From NCBI GenBank assembly GCA_036172245.1, contig JAYWIR010000008.1:4588001-4652000 (forward strand): DNA of 64,000 nucleotides, written 5' to 3'. The notes under the pieces are model-generated. The model was not told where the DNA came from. It saw only the letters and a list, made by a program, of their open reading frames with translations, and ran no database searches. The stretch comes from Raillietiella orientalis (taxonomy: Eukaryota). The position numbers and the translations under genes are program-made. Each line of letters begins with the position of its first letter. Position 1 is the first letter of the stretch. Positions 13,801-22,807 of this stretch are shown here, one piece after another.

Positions 13801-16800
13801 CATGTCAACAAAAAAAAAAAAAAGAACCGGGTCCGAGAAAGAGTGGGGTGTACGAAACTTGAAGGCGTTCACCAGAGTTGTTCGGATGGTGCTCCCTCAG
13901 CGCAACTGGAGCTCAAGAAACCTCGGAAAACCTCAGGATGGAGCATTGAGGATGGAAGGTTGCCTTGACGAAGATTCCGAAATATTCAGCAGGCAAACCG
14001 GGATGCTCGGTTGCGTGCAGGCTTCCGAGCTTTGCTTGAGGAAAACGTTGTGTTCCCTCCAAAGGCAGCAGCAGTGATGTTGTCCACTCTTGTTCGACGA
14101 CTTGTTCCCGATCGTCAATATCGTCAAACGTGAGGGGAACAAGTGAATGAATAGGAGCCCATACGCAAGCATCGATGGCCGGAGCGGGCACGAAGTTAAA
14201 AATTCAGATGCGCGGTGCCAACGTCCGAGTGTAGTCGACTGATTAATATTCTTCGGAATTCCAAAACTGTTTCCATTGATCATGATGGCATTCCTTGCTT
14301 CCGACGTGAAATAAATCATTGTCAGTGATGTAGCTCGGTAGGTGAGATTTCTGCTAACCCGAGGACCATCGCTCTTTTCCTCGGAATGCTCTTTCCTTTG
14401 ATTGAAAAGGATCTGTCGACCTTCTCGACCGACTGGAGCAAGACGACAGCGTGGATGGGAAGAGCTTACTCTTCTCGAGAAGATGACCAAACACTGCGTT
14501 GGTCACATACTGTTGTTTTGCGGTTGGAAAGCGAAAGCGAACGAGCCACGGAAGGGCAGTTCTTTCCCTGTCGCCTTCATGGAACCAAGAAAGAAGAGGA
14601 TTTCATCACCAGTGCCATCCTCCACGTAAATGCTGCCATGCATCGGATGCTTTATAAAAGCCATTCGTCTCGACCTTTTGTTCCCTCCTTATGTTTCCCG
14701 CTTGACAGGGAATGCCGCTCCTAAGGGACACGGTGATTTCTGGAACCCGGGCGAAATGGCACAACCTGATGGCGCACAGAATCGCAATTTTTCGCAGGCA
14801 AATTGGAATTCGTACGTTTTCCAATACAAGAGAAGCACTGGTGACGTACAGCGGTCTCTCAGGAACCGACCGGTTCGATCGTTTGCCAGTACAGTCTTCA
14901 GAGCAAAAGGTCCATGAAGGACATCAAGACTTCTCGGAGCTGGGCTCTGGGAGCGAACGAACGAACCGGCTGTGCTTAATCTGTCAACAGTGCCCAACAG
15001 CCAAGGGATGCAACCGGCTATAAAAATCTGAGAGCCATGAAAAACTCCAAAAGCGACGGCTCTTCCAGAGTGGGAAAGTGAATTCGGAGAGGAAAACGAA
15101 TGGATCCGGATGTTTCTGCGCCCCTTGTTGAAGAACAGATCTCAGCTTACATCAGATGTCATCTCAGGATGCAAGCAGAACCAACAGCTCCTGGTTCTTG
15201 AGAGTGTTCTCAAAAGTGCCAACGATTCGTCCTGCTCTTAGGATAGCAAGCATTCTGCTTGTCGGCGATTTGCAGAATTCCAGAAGCTGAGATTTCTCCC
15301 TGAGGAGGTAGAGTTCGGGCCCCTGGGGGGATTGAACCCATGCCTTTGGGGATAACTCTGAGATTTCAACCCCGCCCCAGCACGGATCTTTCGGAACACG
15401 ACAGAATGCTGCGCTTGATCAGCACAGATGTTGCTAACAAAACTTCGACGTTGATAACGATCTTAAACCGGAAGGCAACAAGCAGAAAGGACAGCAGCGA
15501 GCTCCAGTCGCATTTGTGAAGTAGAATCCTAACCCAGGGCTTCTCTCAGGAGATGCTGAAAGAGTATGTATCTGCCCTTCTGTGAAAGAGACAGTCGTAG
15601 TGAGATTCATTAGAACGTTTCCGGCGACGCTGGCCTCGGGACATGCTACCCTCTTTGTGAATTGGATAAGTACGAATATTCGGAAAAGTACGAATTCTGT
15701 CTTTTTTTTTTTTTTTTTGAGATGTTTCTCGCATTCGATCAGCACATATGATATTGGAAGAAGAAAAAACTTTTTTCCCTATAGTGTCACAATTGTTATA
15801 TTTGCATAGAGCGTTTTCATTTTATAATTAGCGAAACTCTGACCTTAGATGGACAGCTCGCGTTTCTTTATTGTGCCATTTTTCGGAATCCACTATTCGA
15901 TGAAAATGCCACTTGGCATACCGATAAAGTGCTTCGCTATTAGCAAATTGTGGCCCCCGTTCAAAACAAGAGAGATGAGCAGCATCCTTCGGAATCTCTC
16001 CTTTGGGAGTTTATTGCTGGTGATCGTGTTCTTCGTAGGATTTCACCAGCTCCTTACAGCCACTGCTCCTCTCTTCCGCGAGATCTGGGGAGGAAGAAAT
16101 CTCGGAAGACGCAAACGTGCTGCGCATCGTCTTCCAGGACTCACGTCGTTCCAAGCGAGAATTTTCTGCTCCAGACCGGAAAATTCAGACCAGAAACGCT
16201 CCCTGGCTATTCCGATAAGCTCATCCAGCTTCATTCCCGACCCTCTCTCCATGAAGCTCAAGGAAGAGTAGCTCGCTGGAGTCACGAATTTCGAACGTGA
16301 TCTCAGTAACAAATATCTACGCTTGATAGCTCAGAGTAGTAATGAATCGAATCCTTCCCCGCCATTTTGTTCAACATTTCATGGTTGCCAAATGAACCTT
16401 ATCAAAGAATATACGCGCACACCGTGCATTCTTTATAAACGCATACCCGCGAATCAATGTGTGTACTTCATTCAAGGATACGTACTTCTATAGATGAGAA
16501 TTGCTGCTCTGTGACCTTCCATTTCCCATTTTTTGTTTGTTTAAGGTGCATCGTTGATTGCTAATTGAAGATTGAAAGATACGTCAGAATGGTTCATCCA
16601 TCGGTCGAATGGATACAGGTTTTCTTCCCCCCCCCCCCCCTTCTTTATGTCGGTCATGTGTGACTCTTGTCAAATGCTTGCAGCAGGGCGCTGGCTCTCC
16701 CGACTAAGCGGTAAATTACCTGGAAGACCAGCAGCACTCGGCAGCGACATTATCATCTCTACTTTTCGGCCTCACTCGCTATTTCTGCATCCATGCCCTG

Positions 16801-19800
16801 TTTGGTTTTGCTTCCTCTGTGCCAATGATCGGATTTTCGGATTTTGTTTCCTCATGCCACTTTTCTTTCCACCCTATCGCTCCCGTGCGGTCATAGGGCC
16901 CTTTCGAAGACTGAATCCCAGTTTGAAAGGAGACCCGAGCGTGCCCCCCCCCCCCCCCAGTCAAACATGGTACTAGAAGGAACTTTCCCTCCTCAGCGGA
17001 TTCAGAGCTGCAAGCGCATTCCGAACAAAATTAAGGCACTTCCAATCGATTAGCACGTCAACCGAGACTCGATGTACGTCATAGCAACGGTCTTCATCCG
17101 GATAGGTGTCCAGATACACAAAGCCCAACTCGCAATCTGCTGAACACCGCTTGACTGCGTAAGAATTGGATTTCACATGCCAGAGGTGCCCCTTGCTGGG
17201 GAATTCTTCAAAGTGCCGCTGCTTCTATGTTCGGGTTAACGAATGAGCAATTGCCCGAGTCCATGCCTCATTGCCAGAGGTGACCGCAAGAACCCAGAGA
17301 CCAGCTTCTCTGGGTTTATTACATACATCATGGCGCAGTTTTGGGAAGCGCGGCTGTCAGCAGGCGCAGTGTCCCCCAAGGAAGAGAGACTCCCTCCAAG
17401 GACGAAAACGGCGCAGCTACCTTGAACTAGGTGCGCAGGAGGGAAATCGCAGCTTGTGAAACAGCGGATTCTCCCTGACCTTGGTTACTTTGTCTTCCTG
17501 TTTGCAGCTTGTGCCACTGAAGCTGACGACACCATCAGCTCTATTCATGGTTTCTAAGCGTGCATTCACAGGAAGTGACAGAAGCGACCGAGGTGTGTCC
17601 CTACGTTGGCTTACTGTGTTCGTCACAGAAAACGTGATTTATCAGTCAACTCGTCCGCCTTCAGAAGAGTGGTGTTCAGCTGGTAGAATGGCTGCTGCGA
17701 CTCGGCAATTATTTAAGAGGCTCATAAATCGCGCAAACCATTTCCACGTACTTTGACTGGAAATGGACTCATCCCCCCTTTCATTTTTCTCTCCCGGTTT
17801 CCACAACAAGAAAGTGAGCATCTCTGGTTTTCGAAAGTTTCGAAAGTGCTTCGAATACTCCTCTTTGAGAACAGATGTGTTCCTCAACAGTATAGTCCTC
17901 CTGTGCAGTTCCAGGGAGTATTTACGAATTCCTTCACTCCATCATGCGGGAGGAGGTACATTTTCTTGTTTTCTGCCTCCTCGCTTGGCACAGCGTGTTT
18001 CCAGGAGATGTTCACAATCTTTCCTTGCGAGCAGTGCTCCTCTGAGCACTGTTCGCAAGGACGGGGTGGTGATGGAGTTGCATTTTCGGCATAGCGGTTC
18101 GCGAAATTCAGAGGGGGACATCAAGGAACGGCGAGGATGTTCCTTCAGGAGTCGGGAGGGAAAGAAGCTAACGATCGGTTCCGAGGAAAAATATTCGTCT
18201 CAAAGTTTGACTGCGCCCCGTTGAGGCCGCGCATAAGGCGAGAAGCCCTCCGGTGCTACTCAAAAGGGAATCAGAATCCATGAAATTCGCATCCACTGCG
18301 AACCACTATGCCGAAAATGCAACTCCATCACCACATGGGCACCCGGAAGCTCTTTGGCAGCGCATTTCGGTCCAACGATCCCGACTCTCAGCGATCACAA
18401 TACTGCAGTACACATTGTGAAAACTTGGAAGTTCGATCCGGGAAGCACGGGACGAAGATAGGTTTTAACGATGTAACAAAGTGCGGAATTCCTAAGAAAC
18501 GAAACTGGCAAGAGCGGATGTATGGCCGAATGTGTGCGGACGCAGGAAAAACGTTGTTCATAAGTGGAGGAAGGTACTTGGCGAGCTGCATCTTGTTTCG
18601 GCTTTCGCTCCGAGCTCGAGACCTTGGAGAGTAACAGAAACTGGAAGCGAGGACGCTTGGTGGGTGTTGGCCCGAGCCAGGAGCACCATGCCACTTGGAC
18701 TGGTCTCGCGGGGAAGGGGGAAAGGGAAGAAAGGGGGGAGAAGGAGAGAACCGGGAAAGGAAAAAGAAACGGAGCCGTAGATTTCGAAAGATTAATCGGA
18801 AAGATTAATCTTTCGAAATTCTCTGCACAGCATCCCATGATCTGTCCGCATGCGACCTCAGCAAGGCCGGAGTGTTGCGAAGAGGAAAAAGCTCGATGTT
18901 TTTTTTGTCGTCGCCGTTCTGGCTTCAGCTCGTTCCGTTTACCGGCTTGAGAAGATGGATGAGGAGGGAAACGCTCCACTGGATGCCGAGAGCAGCGGTA
19001 ACCCTACGCGCGTAACTCTATGCTCGGCCGAATGCGGGGGCGATTAACTTCTTGCTACCGCCCTTGAAAGCGACTGGAAAGCGGAGGGGCACCTTTGGAC
19101 CAAGGAAGGCAGGGAAAAGGTGCGGCTGAAAGTGCGGAACTGCAGATTTCGAAAATCCCCGATTTCCGTTTGGCGCGGCGACACTTCCTTTGGCGGTGGC
19201 GCGCGTGCCACGGAAGTCGAAATTCCGGTGAAAGGTGATGGTGGTGGCGGCAACGGCACGCGAACGTGAGACTGCGCCGTCCCTGCAGGTTCGCGAATCA
19301 GGAAATGGGCCACCTCTCGTTCGTTGCGAGACCGCATCACCCCGGAGGATTCCAAAGCCAAGCCACTCCGATTTCCTTCCTGCCCATCTCGTTTTAGGCA
19401 TGCCATGTCTTTATGCCATTCCAGGTAGCCAGCCTGAACCTCCAGCAAGTAACACAAGATCAGGAGAAACTCTCTTTGATGGGGAACGACCATCTGAGGG
19501 TGGGCTCGATCAAGGCCCGGACCTTGCACTCCTTCATAGAAGCGGCACGAGTTAGTTTCTTCTCTTGGAGATCACCCACTGCTCCCCTCCGCTGATTTTC
19601 AGGAGGCTGAATTCGACGCTGAAGACTTAAAGGCTCCTTTCCTCATTTTGCACGGATCCAACGACGTACTGTGCTCCGTGCAAGGGGCGCAGCTCTTATT
19701 CGATTCTTCAGTGCTCCCCGCAGACAAAAAGGAAATCACAGTGAGTACCAGCTGATTGGATGTGTGGACGGACGTCTGCTTTTGCATGCGACGGACAGTA

Positions 19801-20987
19801 TTCGAATCGAGGGCGGAATGGATTTTTGCAAGTTGAAACCTTTGCTTTCGCGTCTTCGGCTTCCTTGGATTTAGAAGGGGGGGTGTCAAAATCTCTCGTG
19901 TCGTTTCCGCCGTACTCTTCTTTCGGTGTAGGAAGGTGCGGCGTTTGCAATTCCTGGCTGCCGATCTTCCGTTTTTCCCGGTCACCTGCTTACGCTGCAG
20001 ATGTGGTTTCCCACTTGTGCACTCCACATTTGGACTTGTTGCATGTACAGTCTGCTGAGAACGCGCCCCCTTTTGCCTTCATCTCCGAGGAGCTCTTGAC
20101 CAATCTCCAAGTGTCCGCTGGAGATTTCTTCGCCTTTTTTGTTTCTTTCGTCTTTCGGACTACTTTGAGAATTGCGCTCGGATCCGAATGCACGGCGTAC
20201 TCGTCGGAGGCAAAGGATCATCCCTGGAGCCGCTTGATATGATCCCTAGAAAGTCGAGAAAATCAAGTTCCTGTTTCAAAGTTTAAGAAGGAAAACACGA
20301 TGCCCGACCTCTTCGTTGCTCTTTGTTAATGGTCAAGCAGCTGGGAAAATTCTTGCCTTCGTACTGATGACTCTTTCAGAAGGTGCAAACGTGCTGATAT
20401 TCTTGCACCCTCAAAGGCACTTCAATTAATCAGCTCAAGGGTGTGCTTCCCATGTTTTGACGATTTTTTCTTGTGACGGCTGCCGATGCTGAATTTCACA
20501 GAAAGTCGCCGTCCATGGAAAGCAAATTCCTTCCTTGCACTCCGCCTCGGGAGGCCTTGCACTCTTCAAAAAGCATCCAAGCTCCTGGTGAAAGTGCAAG
20601 ATCGAATGGGACTTCTTGTCGCGTCCCACACAGGAATGAGTGTTTCTCATGTGCTCAGAAAATTCAGGGTATTCCTCGTTCGAACAACACGGCTCGTGAT
20701 ACGAATAGGGGGCTCGAGAGGTTTGGGAGAATTTCGAGTAGAACCGAGGTGAATCAAAGCGGGCAAGATGTGCAGGATCAAGCCCCGACAAAAGACCGAA
20801 AGTTTCTTACGTTTCCCATACGAGGTCTTGGTAAACTTTCATCCCACTGCAGGTTTACCCCGACTCCTCCCACAACCTGTATCAGGAATCCCCTGCCATT
20901 CGTGAACGGGCGATCACAGATACTGTGGACTGGTTTGTTAAGAGAATGGAAGTCCTGGAGAAGAAGGGAACAAACTCGCAAGACTAG
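4726..20987 (+). CDS. MGLL: Monoglyceride lipase-like alpha/beta hydrolase, 7 coding exons, 312 aa
   Basis: join(4726..4865,9745..9851,12184..12320,13318..13473,19425..19550,19603..19740,20853..20987) = 939 nt. All introns are GT-AG and phases are consistent. Motifs: GQLYCYYWKP, ALVYICHGFGEH, FGHDHPGHGNS, PVFLMGHSMGG (nucleophile Ser), PFLILHGSND (Asp), VYPDSSHNL (His), in MGLL order. An in-frame TAG at 4717 lies just upstream of ATG 4726. Confidence 0.93.
6560..7600 (-). mobile_element. Highly decayed non-LTR reverse-transcriptase remnant in MGLL intron 1
   Basis: Across shifting minus-strand frames, in RT order: GPDP, NDNFRKII, GEFIRMQCHDLSF, TSSIRNVCTSESVPTIAR / SQGRLRAP, DYANSLLL, EYLLGV. 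These are degenerate versions of PGPDG, NWRPI, QxGF..GC.EH, RGVRQG..LSP, YADD, YLG. Boundaries approximate. Confidence 0.35.
9745..9851 (+). CDS. MGLL: MGLL-like coding exon 2
   Basis: TTTCCAG acceptor; ALVYICHGFGEHMLYYHDLALRLVRERFLAFGHDH; GTAAGT donor. Confidence 0.93.
12184..12320 (+). CDS. MGLL: MGLL-like coding exon 3
   Basis: TTGCAG acceptor; (P)GHGNSVGSRGRVDSVRKFASLVISHVQDVKRHYEDLPVFLMGHSM; GTAATA donor. Confidence 0.93.
13318..13473 (+). CDS. MGLL: MGLL-like coding exon 4
   Basis: TTTCCAG acceptor; GGLISLQIGSIKPKLFKGIVFVGPLIRG...VLPEVT; GTAAGT donor; completes G-H-S-M-G-G. Confidence 0.92.
13860..14335 (+). mobile_element. Decayed non-LTR RT remnant in MGLL intron 4
   Basis: One frame with stops: NWSSRNL, RQTGMLGC, LLFDDLFPIVNIV, ASIDGRSG...RCQRPSVVD*LIFF, MAFLASDVK, resembling RT motifs up to (Y/F)ADD. 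Confidence 0.28.
18022..18061. repeat. Inverted repeat, 18-bp stem, 4-nt loop
   Basis: TCCTTGCGAGCAGTGCTC-CTCT-GAGCACTGTTCGCAAGGA, one G-T pair. Confidence 0.85.
18066..18334. mobile_element. MITE / non-autonomous DNA transposon, 269 bp, 37-bp TIRs
   Basis: 18066..18102 GTGGTGATGGAGTTGCATTTTCGGCATAGCGGTTCGC is the reverse complement of 18298..18334 with 1 mismatch; flanks ACGGG / ATGGG may be a 5-bp TSD. Confidence 0.75.
18781..18819. repeat. Perfect 17-bp inverted repeat, 5-nt loop
   Basis: ATTTCGAAAGATTAATC-GGAAA-GATTAATCTTTCGAAAT. Confidence 0.88.
19425..19550 (+). CDS. MGLL: MGLL-like coding exon 5
   Basis: ATTCCAG acceptor; VASLNLQQVTQDQEKLSLMGNDHLRVGSIKARTLHSFIEAAR (lid region); GTTAGT donor. 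Confidence 0.85.
19603..19740 (+). CDS. MGLL: MGLL-like coding exon 6
   Basis: TTTTCAG acceptor after a 52-nt intron; EAEFDAEDLKAPFLILHGSNDVLCSVQGAQLLFDSSVLPADKKEIT; GTGAGT donor. Confidence 0.92.
20853..20987 (+). CDS. MGLL: MGLL-like coding exon 7 (terminal)
   Basis: ACTGCAG acceptor; VYPDSSHNLYQESPAIRERAITDTVDWFVKRMEVLEKKGTNSQD then TAG; contains the catalytic His. Not in the ORF track. Confidence 0.88.
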   Translation, partial: VYPDSSHNLYQESPAIRERAITDTVDWFVKRMEVLEKKGTNSQD

Positions 20988-21220
20988 GCCCTCATCGCTT
21001 GACCCCTTGGTGCAGCAGATTCATCTTACTTCATCTCTACCTCCACCGAGCTTTGTGTACTTTGCTCACTAGGAACAAGATCCTGAAAAATAACTGATAG
21101 CTTCCTCCATGAGACACCTTCGATTCCCTTGTGCCCCATCCTGGATCCACTTTTAGAAATATGCCAGAAAGAGTCTTTGGAAAAATAGAACGAAATCCAT
21201 CCGAATTGAAAATTTTGGTA

Positions 21221-21254
21221 ATTCATTCTCCTTTCAGAGAGGTATGCTGCAGTC
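21221..21254. repeat. Left target-site duplication of the RLE element
   Basis: ATTCATTCTCCTTTCAGAGAGGTATGCTGCAGTC; 32/34 identical to 22774..22807. Confidence 0.88.
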
Positions 21255-22773
21255 TTTTATTGTTTTGATTTACAATTAGATAACGGGGGGGGAGGGGGAT
21301 CATTCTTCCGGAATTCCTCCTCTGTTCATCTGGAGCTCTCGTTTCATACCCGGGTTCGCCGGGACGTTTATTGCGTATTAGCATAAACATACATGGTTCC
21401 CAAAAGGGGAACAAAACCTTAGGACCTTCTTGGTCGTTTAGTTCTTGGGGCCTCGCCCGGTGTATTGGGGTTCACGGGGTATTGGGGTAAGGGGGGGTAT
21501 TGTGGGGGGTCTTGGGGGTTCTGGGGCGGGAAAGCTGGGGGAGTGGGGGATGGAGGGGGGGGCGCCGTGGAACGAGAGTCTCCTAGCCTGATGGAGTACT
21601 GTGTTAATTCGGTTTTCTCATGATTGTTGAGAAAACGCCACTTTTTAGCCGCTTTCGAGAGTTGCCGGCATATCAATAATGGATCTCTGATCCTGTTGTT
21701 AAGTTCGCGCTCTGTCCGAGCAACCAAGGCTGCCCGAAGGAAGCAGACGATCAAAACGCAGCCCATCCTGGATAGTTTGTCGTGGCTGAAAAATTTCAGG
21801 AGGAGGTCCCTCACCGTGTCCTGCGGCATATACATTGCCTGGGCAACTTTCTGCCACCCTCGCTGTAGGGACTCGCAGTTCAGCAGCAGGTGCTCTAAAG
21901 TTTCTTTTTCGCCGCACCTGCTGCAATTTGCGTTGTTAATGTACTGGTTAAAATGATATTCCTGGGCGTTTCTGGGAACAGCCGCATGTATGATTAGCCC
22001 TAGCGTATGCTGGGCTTTCAAAGGTACCCCTTTGTCCACATGGAACAATATTGGGGACTGGAGCTCTCGTCGCCCCTCAGCATGTCGCTTCCTCAGCTTC
22101 CTGTCCTCTGTTTCGTTAGAGCTGACCGCTGGGGTTCTCCGGCTGCATCTGTTTGTCGATCCCTCGTGTGACCCTGGGCTGCGTAGATGTCGCTGGAGTA
22201 CCGGATGCACGAAGTCACCATCCGGTGCCTCACTATCCCCAAGTTCTTTTTTGGAATTCCAAGGTCTTGTAGTACTTCCTCTTCACCTGGCTCCCTGGCT
22301 CCCAGAGAGTCAACGATGGAAGCATGCACTCTGCAATGCTTCCCCTCTCTGCCTAGCTGAAGCGCAACTTCCTTGTATTTTTCCCATGTTCTCCTCCTAG
22401 CTGCGCTGAACGTCCCTCCTCCACCCTCGTACGGGCAGCAGACGTCCAGCACTATGAACCGGTTTCCTTTTTTCATCACAGAGTCCGGTCTTAAGAGGGA
22501 GTTCGTTCCTGGAGATCTCTGGTTAGTGAACACTAGGGTCCCCTTTGCTTCATCCACTGTGGCGTTGATGATCATCTCTTGAATCGCGTCGTGTAGCGCC
22601 ATGGACAGATGGAAGTTTCTCCTGCATCTGCTTAATATGTGAGACTGCGTTTGGTCTTCTGTCCGGCAGAGCCGACACGCGCGTTCTCCTGGTTTCATCC
22701 TGGACCCAGCCCTGACTGGTAGGACGTTTGGCCTGGCTGTGTGGATGAATCTGTAGTCCTGGGATCTCAGGTG
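21255..22773 (-). mobile_element. 5'-truncated NeSL/Utopia-like RLE non-LTR retrotransposon with an extra downstream zinc-finger ORF
   Basis: Frame 22773..22093 gives DYRFIHTARPNVLP, CRLC..QTQSHILSRC (CCHC), LHD, LRPD..LDV..PYE, EKY and IVDSLG, the RLE C-terminus. Second frame to 21419 gives CSRCGEKETLEHLLLNC...W. The 3' end on - reads ...CAAAACAATAAAA. Flanked by 34-bp direct repeats. Confidence 0.88.
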
Positions 22774-22807
22774 ATTCATTCCCCTTTCAGAGAGGTATCC
22801 TGCAGTC
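22774..22807. repeat. Right target-site duplication of the RLE element
   Basis: ATTCATTCCCCTTTCAGAGAGGTATCCTGCAGTC; supplies the apparent ATG of track ORF 22093..22779. Confidence 0.88.
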
